The translations under genes and the position numbers were made by a program. Shown one piece after another: positions 1-10,282 of a stretch of 54,968 nucleotides of DNA (position 1 is the first letter of the stretch; every line of letters starts with the position of its first letter). The notes beneath the pieces were generated by a model. The model did not search any database. It saw nothing but the letters and a program-made list of their open reading frames with translations, and had not been told where the DNA came from. Source of the stretch: a candidate division WOR-3 bacterium (lineage in GTDB: Bacteria > Hydrothermota > Tepidihabitantia > SM23-42 > JAOAFX01). Where the stretch lies: contig JBDRWI010000006.1 of assembly GCA_039802265.1 (NCBI GenBank), positions 1-54,968 on the forward strand, in the 5' to 3' direction.

Positions 1-1
1 G

Positions 2-259
2 ATTAAAGGAAAAGGAACTGTAGTATTTGATGTACCGAGGTTGACATCGGTGAGCAAAGAGACCGAGATTGAACTGGCGGTTTATGATGTCCTGGGCAAG
101 AAGATCAAGACACTTGCCGCTGGCAAATTTACCCCGGGCTTCCATACCTGTTCTTTTGATGGTAAGGATGAAAATGGAAATACCCTTTCTCAAGGTACAT
201 ATTTCATTATAATGAAGACACCGAAATATACTGAACGGACCAAGTTCGTGAAATTGTGA
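2..259 (+). CDS. 3' end of a secreted protein with a FlgD-Ig/T9SS-type C-terminal domain (partial, runs off the window start)
   Basis: Frame is open from base 2. Motif 'LAVYDVLGKKIKTL...FDGKDENGNTLSQGTYFI...KFVKL' is typical of FlgD_ig/Por-secretion CTDs. Confidence 0.8.
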   Translation: MKGKGTVVFDVPRLTSVSKETEIELAVYDVLGKKIKTLAAGKFTPGFHTCSFDGKDENGNTLSQGTYFIIMKTPKYTERTKFVKL

Positions 260-320
260 AAAGGGTATTAATAGTCTTGCGGTTGCGATATGCGAAACGG
301 GTTTTGTTAAAGGAGGCTTT

Positions 321-1457
321 ATGAAAAAACTCCGCTTCTCCGCTTCCCCGATGCTCCGATGCCCCGTTTCTTTATTCCAAAGTCTCCTTGTCTTTGTGTC
401 TCTTTTTCTCCTTGTTTCACAATCCTCTGCTGCCCTGTATGTCTTCACTGACCAGGGCAGGCTTGCCCGCTCTACAGATGATGGCATTACCTGGTCCTGG
501 GTCTCCACCCCCTTACCCGGCAATGACTGTGTGGATATGACCTCTGACCCTTATAGATTTATCTATATCCTCACCCGCACCGGCGAAATCCATCGCAGTA
601 TAAACTATGGCAGCTCCTGGACCAGCCGGGGTAATATTGCGGTTTCTGATGCCAAGGCAATCTGGGTGATAACCGGACTCACCTTTGTCTTAACTCAAAC
701 CGGTGATTTATACGAACGCAACAATGCCACAGGCAACTGGTCATTGCTGGGCAATATCGGTGCCTCAGATTTTGTTGATTTTGTTCCCCGTCCTGATGGC
801 AATAGTTATTTAGCATTCACAAGGAGTGGTGATGTCTGGCAGGTCTTACCCACACCCTTTACCAAATCCCTTATCAGTAATATTGGCAGTTCAACGATTG
901 TGGGTGCGACGACCTTGACCAATGCGGTGCTTGTGGTGACTGAGGAAGGTGATATTGCCCGTTCTACAAATGGTGGTGTGAGTTGGTCCTGGGTGGGTGC
1001 GATTTCCCAGATGCCGGTTGCCGGGATTGGTAATAAAGGCAGTAATATCTATGTGACAACCCAGGCGGGTGAGGTCTTACGCTCTACGAATCAGGGTAGT
1101 AACTGGAGCCATCGGGGTAACATTTCGCAGATTGGGATAAGGGGAATTACTTCTGATACAATGATTGTCATTGGTGCGGAAGAGACAAAAGAGCAGCAGG
1201 TGCTTCAGATCTTTGGGGTGTATCCGAATCCTTCTTCAGGCAGGTTTACGATTAAATTTTTTGCTGCTAAGATTGGTGCGGGCAGATTGCGGTTATTTGA
1301 TATTTCCGGTAGCGAGGTTGGGGAGTTATGGAGTGGTGCGATAAGTCTGGGTGATAATGTCTTAGAGATAAAGGTGAACAGGTCAGGGTTGTATTTTTTG
1401 GTGATGGAATCAGAACAGGCACGCTCAACTGCGAAGATAATCTTAACAACGGAGTGA
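321..1457 (+). CDS. Secreted BNR/Asp-box beta-propeller protein with T9SS-type CTD
   Basis: SD AAGGAGG; signal peptide; repeated 'RSTDDGITW/RSINYGSSW/RSTNGGVSW/RSTNQGSNW'; CTD 'YPNPSSG...LFDISG...SGLYFL'. Confidence 0.8.
   Translation: MKKLRFSASPMLRCPVSLFQSLLVFVSLFLLVSQSSAALYVFTDQGRLARSTDDGITWSWVSTPLPGNDCVDMTSDPYRFIYILTRTGEIHRSINYGSSWTSRGNIAVSDAKAIWVITGLTFVLTQTGDLYERNNATGNWSLLGNIGASDFVDFVPRPDGNSYLAFTRSGDVWQVLPTPFTKSLISNIGSSTIVGATTLTNAVLVVTEEGDIARSTNGGVSWSWVGAISQMPVAGIGNKGSNIYVTTQAGEVLRSTNQGSNWSHRGNISQIGIRGITSDTMIVIGAEETKEQQVLQIFGVYPNPSSGRFTIKFFAAKIGAGRLRLFDISGSEVGELWSGAISLGDNVLEIKVNRSGLYFLVMESEQARSTAKIILTTE
330..369 (+). repeat. Five degenerate 8-bp tandem units inside the signal-peptide coding region
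   Basis: ctccgctt ctccgctt ccccgatg ctccgatg ccccgttt. Confidence 0.7.
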
Positions 1458-1572
1458 AAAAAGTAATCAGCAGTCGGTAGCAGGTTGGTTGCGAAAAGCG
1501 TTTAGCCATTCCAGGCCAAAGGCTTTGAATGACTGTGTCTGGCAGTTGTATTTAATCGAAAATTTTTATTTA

Positions 1573-1600
1573 TTGACAGATTTGTGAAACTCGTTATAAT
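1573..1600 (+). promoter_or_regulatory. sigma70-type promoter TTGACA-N16-TATAAT
   Basis: Perfect hexamers at 1573-1578 and 1595-1600. Confidence 0.75.
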
Positions 1601-1718
1601 TGACTATGAAGAGAAAGCAAAAGATAGTTCCTTAAAGAAAATAATGGCATCCCTTGAGCAATATGCTGAATTGATGCGTTTCAAAAGTAGGAATTACAAG
1701 TAAGACGAAAGGGACAAA

Positions 1719-2453
1719 ATGGGTATAGAGAAAGTTCAATCAAAAGGTACAGATTTCACGAAATGGCAACCCAATGAAGGTAAAAGGCTTATTATAGATG
1801 TGGATGGCGTTGATTATGCGAGGCTACCGATAAAGACCCATGTTATCACTGGCTCTGACGATATTTTTAAAGTCATTGCCCAGTATGTAATACCCCATAT
1901 TAAAAAGGATGATATAATCTTTTTGAGCGAAAGGGTGGTCGCCATAACCCAGGGTCGGGCATTTCCCATAAAGGATATAAAGCCTTCCTGGCTTGCCCGG
2001 TTTCTTGTAAGATTTGTCCACAAATCTCCCTATGGAATCGGTCTGGGTAGTCCCTGGACGATGGAACTGGCAATCCGGGAGGCTGGTGTAGCACGTATAC
2101 TCATTGCCGCATTTGTCTCGGCGATCACAAAACCATTCGGTATCAAAGGTCTATTCTATATTATTGCCGGAAAATCCGTCGCGGCGATTGATGGTCCCTG
2201 CCATTATACACTGCCTCCATATAATGAATATGCAAAATTGGGACCGAAGAATCCAGACAGGGTTGCCCGGGAATTGAAAAATAAATTTGGTTATGATTTT
2301 GTGATCATTGATGCGAATGACCTTGGTGTTTCTGTCTTAGGTAAATCAAGTAATATTATAACCGAAGATTTTTGTAAAAAGGTTTTTCGGGATAATCCAT
2401 TAGGTCAATCAAAACAGCAGACACCAATTGCAATTGTGAGGAAGGTATCTTAA
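1719..2453 (+). CDS. F420-0:gamma-glutamyl ligase (CofE-like) family protein
   Basis: 'LPIKTHVI...D.IFLSERVVAITQGR...AAIDG...P.NPD.VA...IIDANDLG...DNPLGQSKQQTPIAIVR' matches the F420_ligase family pattern. Confidence 0.75.
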   Translation: MGIEKVQSKGTDFTKWQPNEGKRLIIDVDGVDYARLPIKTHVITGSDDIFKVIAQYVIPHIKKDDIIFLSERVVAITQGRAFPIKDIKPSWLARFLVRFVHKSPYGIGLGSPWTMELAIREAGVARILIAAFVSAITKPFGIKGLFYIIAGKSVAAIDGPCHYTLPPYNEYAKLGPKNPDRVARELKNKFGYDFVIIDANDLGVSVLGKSSNIITEDFCKKVFRDNPLGQSKQQTPIAIVRKVS

Positions 2454-2456
2454 GAA

Positions 2457-4544
2457 TCAATACCCCTGCAATGCCGAGCGGTCAAGTTTTTCGAAGTCCT
2501 CTTCACCTTCTAACTTCGTCTCAAAGGTATGGACATCACAGGAGTCTTGAGGTTCGGTTCCCGCAACAAATGCCATCTCTTTTGGTGTGGGACAGAATTC
2601 GTTGGCTAAAAGACCGCTCTTGGGACATATCCTTCGCCAGACAATCCCTGAAGGCACCGGAAAGTCTTCATCCTTAAGTGTATCAATTTTTGAGATGATC
2701 TCTCCCCAGATTGGTGCGGAGACCACACCACCAGTTGCCCCCCTGAAGATTCTTTGATTATCATCAAAACCTACCCACACCCCGGCAGTAAAGTGGGGTG
2801 TAAATCCAATAAACCAGGCATCAGAATGGTTATCGGTTGTTCCGGTCTTGCCCGCTGCCGGACCACTGTAGTATTTTCTAATCTCATAACCGGTTCCACC
2901 ATCAACTACTGCCCGCATTATATCAATAAGGACATAGCTTGTCTGGGGAGATAACCTCTGTTCGGAAAAGGGTTTTGCCATCTCAATTATTGTGCCGTCT
3001 TTATCCGTAATTTTTCTTATCATCACCACTGGATGTTGTTCACCTAAATTGGCAATTGTACTGAAGGCATGTGTCAATTCCAGAAGGCTTGTCTCACAGG
3101 AACCCAACGCCAGTGATACAACGGGTAAGAGGGTTGATTTTATTCCTAAATTATGGGCATATTTCATGACCAGGTCGGGTCCGAGGATGCGAATTAATCT
3201 TACTGCCACGAGATTCCTGGATAGGGCCAATGCCTTTTTTAAGGTGATCGGACCCATAAAGCGGTGGTCATAATTTGATGGTCGGTAGATACTATCCCAA
3301 CCCGGTACCTCAAGGACAATGGGTAAATCAAGGACTATATCGGCAGGGGTAAATCCATTATCAAGGGCGGCAGCAAAGACAAAGACCTTAAAGGAACTTC
3401 CAGTCTGTCTCCTTGCCTGGGTTGCCCGGTTGAACTTACTCTGATTAAAATCCCGGCCGCCGACCATTGCCTTTATCTCACCGGTTTTTTGTTCAATTAT
3501 TACAATTGCACCCTGAAGATAAGGTGTCATATTCAGGGTATCAGGGATTCCCACAGAATCAACCTTTGATTTTGGATTTTTAAACTTGTAGTCCTTCTCA
3601 ATCTTTACCAGATGACTTTCCAATACATCCTCCGCAATCTTCTGGATATCCTGATTCAATGTAGTATAAATGCTTGCACCACTTCGATAGAGGAATTCCG
3701 GACCGTACTTTAACTCAAGGTATCTTCTAATTTCCTCAATAAAATACTCGCCCACTGTCCGCCTTGGCTGGCGCGCCGTAACATTGAGTGGTTCATTTAT
3801 CGCCTGATTGAACTGGTCTTCAGTTATGAGATGGTCCTTGAACATCTCCTTTAATACAAGATTACGCCGGGAAATAGCCCGTTCGGGATATCTAAATGGC
3901 GAAAGATTTTCCGGACTCTTGGGCAGGGCAATGAGCAGTGCCGATTCACTCAGGGTCAAGTCAGCAACCTCTTTATTGAAGTAATATCGGGCCGCAGTTG
4001 CTACACCATACCTTCCCTGTCCGAAGTTGACCTGATTCAGATATTTTTCAAGGATTTCATCCTTGGTATATGCCCGCTCAATTCTTATTGCCAAAATGAT
4101 CTCTTTGAGCTTCCGAAGGACAGTCTTTTCCTGGGTCAAAAACATATTCCGGGCAAGTTGCATCGTGATTGTGCTTCCACCCCGGACAACTCGCAGATGA
4201 ATTATATTTTCAATTACCGACCTTAGCAGGGACATAATGTTTACTCCCCAGTGTTTATAAAAGAGTTTGTCCTCAATACAGATAAAGCCCTGTTTTAAAT
4301 ATTCGGGCACCTCCTTTATACTGGCCAGGTCTCTTCTTTCAATAAAAAACTCGGTTAGGAGGCGGTTCTGGTCGTCATAAACCCGGGTTGAAATTGGCGG
4401 GGTATAGAATGAAATTGACTCCGCGGGTGGTAAATCCCTGAGCACTGAGATATATATTCCAAATCCAAGTCCACAAAGGAGTGATATAAAAAAGATTATA
4501 GACCAGCGTAGCCGGTGCCTTCTTATTCTCTTATTCAATGGCAT
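2457..4544 (-). CDS. mrcA: Class A penicillin-binding protein 1A (transglycosylase/transpeptidase)
   Basis: N-terminal TM helix; GT51 motifs EDKLFYKHWG, GGSTITMQLARN, RKLKE; transpeptidase motifs SSFK, SRN, KTGT. Start placed at ATG 4544. Confidence 0.92.
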   Translation of the reverse strand: MPLNKRIRRHRLRWSIIFFISLLCGLGFGIYISVLRDLPPAESISFYTPPISTRVYDDQNRLLTEFFIERRDLASIKEVPEYLKQGFICIEDKLFYKHWGVNIMSLLRSVIENIIHLRVVRGGSTITMQLARNMFLTQEKTVLRKLKEIILAIRIERAYTKDEILEKYLNQVNFGQGRYGVATAARYYFNKEVADLTLSESALLIALPKSPENLSPFRYPERAISRRNLVLKEMFKDHLITEDQFNQAINEPLNVTARQPRRTVGEYFIEEIRRYLELKYGPEFLYRSGASIYTTLNQDIQKIAEDVLESHLVKIEKDYKFKNPKSKVDSVGIPDTLNMTPYLQGAIVIIEQKTGEIKAMVGGRDFNQSKFNRATQARRQTGSSFKVFVFAAALDNGFTPADIVLDLPIVLEVPGWDSIYRPSNYDHRFMGPITLKKALALSRNLVAVRLIRILGPDLVMKYAHNLGIKSTLLPVVSLALGSCETSLLELTHAFSTIANLGEQHPVVMIRKITDKDGTIIEMAKPFSEQRLSPQTSYVLIDIMRAVVDGGTGYEIRKYYSGPAAGKTGTTDNHSDAWFIGFTPHFTAGVWVGFDDNQRIFRGATGGVVSAPIWGEIISKIDTLKDEDFPVPSGIVWRRICPKSGLLANEFCPTPKEMAFVAGTEPQDSCDVHTFETKLEGEEDFEKLDRSALQGY

Positions 4545-5598
4545 CTTCAGTCTTTGCATCAAACAGGTAAATCTTTTCGGGCGGAACCCACAGGCTCAAT
4601 AATTTACCCATTTCAAATTGTAAACCTTCAGGGACCAGCGCCTGGATGGTGGTATCACCGCATTTTCCATAAATATATGTCTCATATCCAATCGGTTCAA
4701 TCACCTCAACCAGAATCTTTAATTCTATTCCACCGGACAGCGAAAAATCCGCGGGCCTTATTCCCATCACGACTTCACGGTTCAAAAATCGATAAAATTC
4801 ATTTGATAACTTCAATGAAACTCCTGATCCTTTAAAGACTATCTCCTTATCTTTTTCAATCACTCCCTTTAAAAAATTCATCGGTGGACTGCCGATGAAA
4901 CCGGCAACAAACTTATTTTTTGGCTTCTTATAAAGGGTCATCGGGTCTGAGATTTGCTGGATTACACCATCCTTCAATACTACAATCTTTTCACCCAGGG
5001 TCATCGCCTCAATCTGGTCATGGGTCACATAGACAATGGTTGCGCCAAGTCTTTTATGGAGACGCGAGAGTTCTGCCCGCATCTGAACCCGCAATTTGGC
5101 ATCAAGATTGGAAAGGGGCTCGTCAAATAAGAAGAGCTTGGGCTGACGCACAATTGCCCTTCCCAATGCTACCCGCTGGCGCTGACCACCGGAAAGTTGG
5201 CGGGGCTTTCGCTGTAAAAGTTCTTTAATCCCTAAAATTTCAGATGCCTCTGCCACCCGCTTTTTAATCTCCTCTTTGGGTAGATTCTGCATCTTTAAGC
5301 CGAATGAAATATTTTCATAGACACTCATATGGGGATAAAGGGCATAGTTCTGAAAGACCATTGCGATATTCCTCTGGGCCGGGCCAAGGTCATTGACACA
5401 GGTCTTATCAATAAATATCTTACCTTCGGTTGGTGTCTCAAGTCCGGCAACAAGTCTCAGGATTGTGGTCTTGCCACAACCCGAGGGTCCGAGAAGAACC
5501 AGAAACTGTCGGTCGCTAACCGTAAAACTGATATTTTTTACTGCATAAACATTTTTATCATATATCTTTGTTACATTTTCTAAAATCAATTCAGCCAT
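4531..5598 (-). CDS. MalK/UgpC-type sugar ABC transporter ATP-binding protein
   Basis: Walker A GPSGCGKTT; VFQNYALYPHM; LSGGQRQRVALGRA; DEPLSNLDAKLR; FVAGFIGSPPMN. Confidence 0.93.
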   Translation of the reverse strand: MAELILENVTKIYDKNVYAVKNISFTVSDRQFLVLLGPSGCGKTTILRLVAGLETPTEGKIFIDKTCVNDLGPAQRNIAMVFQNYALYPHMSVYENISFGLKMQNLPKEEIKKRVAEASEILGIKELLQRKPRQLSGGQRQRVALGRAIVRQPKLFLFDEPLSNLDAKLRVQMRAELSRLHKRLGATIVYVTHDQIEAMTLGEKIVVLKDGVIQQISDPMTLYKKPKNKFVAGFIGSPPMNFLKGVIEKDKEIVFKGSGVSLKLSNEFYRFLNREVVMGIRPADFSLSGGIELKILVEVIEPIGYETYIYGKCGDTTIQALVPEGLQFEMGKLLSLWVPPEKIYLFDAKTEDAIE

Positions 5599-5605
5599 TC
5601 AAATC

Positions 5606-6436
5606 TTAATCAATCTTCTGGATTATCTTCAGGATTCTTATCAAGGTATTCCTTAAATCCTTTCTTGATACAAGCAGGTCAATCATACCGTGCTCTAACA
5701 TAAATTCGGCACGCTGAAATCCCGGGGGTAATTTTTCACCGATCGTCTGCTCAATAACCCGCGGACCGGTAAATCCAATCAATGCCCCGGGTTCGGCAAT
5801 AATGATATCGCCCAGTGAGGCATAGGAAGCCATTACCCCGGCCATTGTGGGATGGGTGAGGATTGATATATATGGAATTTTTGCCTTTGATAGAAGTGCC
5901 AATTCGGCAGCGGTCTTTGCCATCTGCATCAATGAGAAGATACCCTCCTGCATCCGGGCACCCCCGGAGGTAGAAAGGATTATCAGAGGGGTACGCTCCT
6001 GCCGGGCAAGTCTTATTGCCCGGGCGACCTTCTCTCCCACGACCGAGCCCATACTTCCACCCATAAACGAAAAATCCATTGCCCCGAAGACCACCGCAAC
6101 ATTACCAATCTTTGCCCGACCATACACTATCCCTTCGGTCAATTGGGTTTTTTGCTGGGCAAGTTTCAACTTTTTCTTATATTCCGGGAAGTCAAGGGGG
6201 TCGGTGGGTTCAAGGTCCTTATCTATTTCCTCTAAGTTACCCTCATCAAGTAAGAGGCGGATATATGCCCGACAACTGATTTGAAAATGGAAGTTGCACT
6301 TCGGACAGATATAAAGATTCTTTTCCAATTCCGTCCGGTAGAGTATCTCACCACAACTCTCACACTTTACCCATAAACCCTCAGGAAGGACGAGTTTTTC
6401 TTCGGGTTTTGCCTGGACCTTCTTCTTAAACCACAT
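5606..6436 (-). CDS. accD: Acetyl-CoA carboxylase carboxyltransferase beta subunit
   Basis: Zn ribbon WVKCESC...CPKC; DFSFMGGSMGSVVGEK; SGGARMQEG; GPRVIEQT. Confidence 0.96.
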   Translation of the reverse strand: MWFKKKVQAKPEEKLVLPEGLWVKCESCGEILYRTELEKNLYICPKCNFHFQISCRAYIRLLLDEGNLEEIDKDLEPTDPLDFPEYKKKLKLAQQKTQLTEGIVYGRAKIGNVAVVFGAMDFSFMGGSMGSVVGEKVARAIRLARQERTPLIILSTSGGARMQEGIFSLMQMAKTAAELALLSKAKIPYISILTHPTMAGVMASYASLGDIIIAEPGALIGFTGPRVIEQTIGEKLPPGFQRAEFMLEHGMIDLLVSRKDLRNTLIRILKIIQKID

Positions 6437-6457
6437 AGCTACCTCCAGATAATATCC

Positions 6458-7450
6458 TCATAACAATTCCGCAATCTGGACCGCATTCAGCGCTGCCCCC
6501 TTTCTCAGGTTGTCTGCAACAATCCACATCGTAAGGCCATTTTCTAAGGCAAGACACTTTCTTATGCGCCCAACGAATACCTCATCTTGACCCGCAACAT
6601 AAACCGGCATTGGATACTTGTCTTCATCTTCAATCAACTTTACACCCGGGGCACCTTTTAGAATCTCTTTTGCTTCCTCCAAAGGGATGGGCCTTTCAAA
6701 TTCCACCGATACTGCCTCACTGTGGCAATAAAAAACTGGAATTCGCACACAGGTCGCACTCACCATAATTGACTGGTCATCAAGAATCTTTCTCGTTTCA
6801 TTGAGCATCTTTGTCTCTTCAGTGGTATATCCTGATTCACAAAATCTACCAATCTGGGGAATTATATTGTTGGCGATGGGATGAACAAAGACACTATTTG
6901 GGGATTTTACAATTTTCTCCTGGGCAGCAAGACATTCAATCTCATAATTCAACTCTTCAATCGCCTCTTTGCCGTAGCCTGAGACCGACTGATAGGTGGC
7001 AACAATGATTCGTTTTATCCTTGCAACCTTATGGAGTGGAAAGAGCGGAACAAGGAGTTGAATCGTTGAGCAATTGGGATTGGCAATAATTCCCTTATGC
7101 CTTTTTATTTCTTCAGGGTTGATTTCAGGGATAACCAGCGGGACATCCGGTTCCAGACGAAATGCAGGTGAGTTGTCTATTATCACGGAATTATTTCTAA
7201 GATCGGGGACGATTTCTTTGGTGAGTTCCTCGTCAAGACAGCCAAAGACGAGGTCAACCTTATTGACAAGTTCTTTGTAATCTGAAAGCACATCAATCTC
7301 TCTATCCTTGAAGATAAATCTCAGTCCCTCGCTCTTTTCCGAGGCAAATAGAAATAGTTCCTGGACAGGAAAGTTTCTTTCTTCAAGAATCTTTATCACC
7401 TCCTGCCCCACCAAGCCAGTCGCGCCTAAAATCAAGATATTCTTCTTCAT
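6458..7450 (-). CDS. asd: Aspartate-semialdehyde dehydrogenase
   Basis: GATGLVG; IANPNCSTIQ; TYQSVSG; DNLRKGAALNAVQIAE. Confidence 0.96.
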   Translation of the reverse strand: MKKNILILGATGLVGQEVIKILEERNFPVQELFLFASEKSEGLRFIFKDREIDVLSDYKELVNKVDLVFGCLDEELTKEIVPDLRNNSVIIDNSPAFRLEPDVPLVIPEINPEEIKRHKGIIANPNCSTIQLLVPLFPLHKVARIKRIIVATYQSVSGYGKEAIEELNYEIECLAAQEKIVKSPNSVFVHPIANNIIPQIGRFCESGYTTEETKMLNETRKILDDQSIMVSATCVRIPVFYCHSEAVSVEFERPIPLEEAKEILKGAPGVKLIEDEDKYPMPVYVAGQDEVFVGRIRKCLALENGLTMWIVADNLRKGAALNAVQIAELL

Positions 7451-7458
7451 AATTAAAT

Positions 7459-7487
7459 ATTATATATAACTAATAAGCGATAGTCAA
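7459..7487 (-). promoter_or_regulatory. asd promoter TTGACT-N17-TATAAT, 8 nt before the ATG
   Basis: Reverse complement of 7459-7487; no SD before the ATG. Confidence 0.65.
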
Positions 7488-7692
7488 GCCCAATAGGGAG
7501 TTCAATTTCCCAGGATTAAGTGAGGGTAATAAAAGATCCCTGAATAATCAACCTTGCCGTAGGGTCGGGATATATTCATTATTTCGGTTATTTAGGGCTT
7601 AGTAAATTTTTTAAAATACCCGAATTTCTGATTCTTTCCAATATTGCTAATTTAATTTTCACAAAGTGAGATGACCAATTTTTTTCAGATTA

Positions 7693-7720
7693 TTGACATT
7701 GACTCCATTATAGATATAAT
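7693..7720 (+). promoter_or_regulatory. tRNA promoter TTGACA-N16-TATAAT
   Basis: Perfect hexamers, ending 11 nt upstream of the tRNA 5' end. Confidence 0.8.
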
Positions 7721-7731
7721 TAACAATAAAT

Positions 7732-7806
7732 CGGGGCGTGGCGCAGTTGGTTTAGCGCACCAGCTTGGGGTGCTGGGGGTCACCAGTTCAAATCTGGTCG
7801 CCCCGA
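7732..7806 (+). tRNA. tRNA-Pro(GGG); CCA not encoded
   Basis: Acceptor stem CGGGGCG/CGCCCCG; D arm GCGC-AGTTGGTTTA-GCGC; anticodon arm CCAGC-TTGGGGT-GCTGG; T loop GTTCAAAT. Confidence 0.96.
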
Positions 7807-7987
7807 ACTTTTTCTCCAAATTCTAAATCCGAAGCACCGGAGATCTGCCCGTCGTATTAATGGCTTGTTGTTCCTATTTTACGAGCAACGGCAAGCGATT
7901 GACGATTTGCTTTTCTAAAAAGACAAACAATGACAATTCTATCCAATTCATTGGATTTATCCAGGCAATAGTGAGGGTTATGTTCAT

Positions 7988-9247
7988 ATGCCATTATTTT
8001 TGATCTTTGCCCAGATTGTTGTCAATAGTGAAAGGGTTATTAAAATTGATTATGAAAATCTATTTTATGAAGAATTGCAATTAAAAGATGAGATTATCGA
8101 TTATTGTCTTTATGACAATTTATATGTCTTGACCGGACGCTACATTCGGTGCATAGATACCACAGATCTAAAAATTATTGACCGAACTCCGCTCCCCCAA
8201 AAGTTTAATTACCTAACAGTAAGCAGCGACGAAATCTTCCTTATATCTTCCAATGAAATCGTCAAACTCAACAGAAATAACCTTTCATTTAGAGGAGGTA
8301 TTGGCATTGAACCCGGCGATTATCGACCGATGCTTTCTCCCTTCCTTTTGCCTGATGATAACCGAATATATCTCATCACCCATAGTGAAAAAAAGAGTGT
8401 CATAAAGGTTTTTGACACCAGTAATGGAAAAAAGATTGGCTCCGCAACCTTCGCCCGCATCCTTGATCTCAAATACCTCCCTGAAAAAAAGATCTTTGCT
8501 ACAATGGATAATTCTGGAATCAATCTGATTGATTTGAAATTGAAGAATAGAAAAAAGATAAAACTTCCATTTGTGGGCGATAATCTTTTTATTGATAGAT
8601 GTGGATATATAATAACAAATCAACAGGGAATATTTTATCTGAATAATGGCGGCAGGATGATCGATTTTCAACCCCTCTGTCTTAAGGGAGAAATCCAAAA
8701 TGATAATTTAGTCTTTTTAAATAGTGATATTATTGGCTTCATTGACCCCTTTACCTTAAGGATTAAAAAAGCAGTAGAAAACAAAGAAGGAATAAAGAAT
8801 ATCCAGGGTATTGATAAGTATTATTATCTGTCAGTAAATGAAAGCGGCGAACTATTCTTAGTTGATGCTATAAAATCCGAGGTCAGACGTTTAATGAAAA
8901 AAGAAAAGGTCAGTGCCCTTATTATAAAGGGCAATAGACCTGAATTAGATTCACTCTTTTATATCCAACTGAGCGCCTTTTCCGATGAAAAAAGAGCCAA
9001 GATTTTCTGCGAGAGTATAATAATGACCGGTTTACCAGTATTTATTGATTCGAGTACGGACAATCTCTATCGTGTAAAAATTGGAGGTTTTTACAGTAAA
9101 GAGGAGGCACTGGAGATATCTGAAGGGATTGATATCCCCAACTGGATTATTTATCATCATAAAATTGATTATGAGATTGATTCAGTATTTAAGTTTAAGG
9201 ATAAAAGTTTTTATATCCATAAAGGAATAATCAAAAAAAAGGAGTGA
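7988..9247 (+). CDS. Exported protein with a C-terminal SPOR (peptidoglycan-binding) domain
   Basis: '[14 protein letters not shown]...[15 protein letters not shown]' is a SPOR signature; the N-terminal region is beta-rich. Confidence 0.7.
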   Translation: MPLFLIFAQIVVNSERVIKIDYENLFYEELQLKDEIIDYCLYDNLYVLTGRYIRCIDTTDLKIIDRTPLPQKFNYLTVSSDEIFLISSNEIVKLNRNNLSFRGGIGIEPGDYRPMLSPFLLPDDNRIYLITHSEKKSVIKVFDTSNGKKIGSATFARILDLKYLPEKKIFATMDNSGINLIDLKLKNRKKIKLPFVGDNLFIDRCGYIITNQQGIFYLNNGGRMIDFQPLCLKGEIQNDNLVFLNSDIIGFIDPFTLRIKKAVENKEGIKNIQGIDKYYYLSVNESGELFLVDAIKSEVRRLMKKEKVSALIIKGNRPELDSLFYIQLSAFSDEKRAKIFCESIIMTGLPVFIDSSTDNLYRVKIGGFYSKEEALEISEGIDIPNWIIYHHKIDYEIDSVFKFKDKSFYIHKGIIKKKE

Positions 9248-9249
9248 AG

Positions 9250-9630
9250 ATGAAAAAAATTATCAATACCGAGAACGCCCCAAAGGCAATTGGACCATAT
9301 TCCCAGGCGGTGGTAGAAGAAAACTTTATATTCACAGCCGGGCAGATCGGAATCAGCCCAGATACCGGAAATATAATAGAAGGCGGGATAACCGAACAGA
9401 CCGAGCAGGTATTGAAGAATCTCCGGGCTATTCTGAATGCGGCAGGTGCTGATTTAAAGAATGTAGTAAAGACAACCGTTTATCTAACAAGGTCTGATGA
9501 CTTCCCCCTGATGAATGAAATCTACGCCCATTATTTCTCTGACCAACCACCTGCCCGGACAACCGTCTTTGTAAGCGGTTTACCAAAAGGAGCACTCGTT
9601 GAGATTGAGGCAATCGCAAAGGTTGGTTGA
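9250..9630 (+). CDS. ridA: RidA/YjgF/UK114 enamine deaminase
   Basis: [47 protein letters not shown] precedes ATG 9250. Confidence 0.93.
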   Translation: MKKIINTENAPKAIGPYSQAVVEENFIFTAGQIGISPDTGNIIEGGITEQTEQVLKNLRAILNAAGADLKNVVKTTVYLTRSDDFPLMNEIYAHYFSDQPPARTTVFVSGLPKGALVEIEAIAKVG

Positions 9631-10279
9631 ATTTGAAAAAAAGGTCGGGGTTAAGTTCAAAAAGAAGGGGTTATTAAAACTTGCCCTAACCCACTCTTCT
9701 CTTGCCCACCGAGCAGGCGGGAAGTCAAATGAAAACTTGGAATTTTTAGGAGATGCGGTACTGGAGCTGGCAGTGCGCGAATACCTCTACAAGAAGTACC
9801 CCCAGAAAGACGAAGGAGAATTGAATCAGTTGAAAAAGAAATATACCAGTGAGGAATCATTGTACCGGATTGGCAAAAGAATCAAGATTGGCGATTTTCT
9901 CTTTATGGACCACGGTGAGGAACTAACCGGGGGAAGGAAAAGACCATCCAACATAAGTTCCGCAATTGAGGCATTGATCGGGGCAATCTTTCTTGACCGC
10001 GGCTGGAAGTATACCCGAAGGTTTATTAATCATTTGATACTACAAAGAAGATTGATAATGCCCGAGGACTACAAATCTATTTTGAACCAATGGGCAATGA
10101 GCGAAAAAAAGATAATAGTCTATAAAATAATTGAAGAGAAAGGATTGCCCCATAGTAAAATCTTCCAGATTGGTCTTTGGGTAGATAATAAGCTGGTTGC
10201 CACCGGAATGGGCACTACTAAGAAAAAAGCCGAGCAGGAGGCAGCGCGTGTCTTCTTAACGCAGATGGGTGTACTATAA
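9623..10279 (+). CDS. rnc: Ribonuclease III
   Basis: [29 protein letters not shown]-terminal dsRBD '[11 protein letters not shown]'. Start is uncertain (TTG 9623). Confidence 0.93.
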   Translation: MVEFEKKVGVKFKKKGLLKLALTHSSLAHRAGGKSNENLEFLGDAVLELAVREYLYKKYPQKDEGELNQLKKKYTSEESLYRIGKRIKIGDFLFMDHGEELTGGRKRPSNISSAIEALIGAIFLDRGWKYTRRFINHLILQRRLIMPEDYKSILNQWAMSEKKIIVYKIIEEKGLPHSKIFQIGLWVDNKLVATGMGTTKKKAEQEAARVFLTQMGVL

Positions 10280-10282
10280 AAA

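Noticed and set aside
7732..7990. tRNA-Pro as an integration site
   Set aside because: No integrase and no duplicated tRNA 3' end seen in the window.
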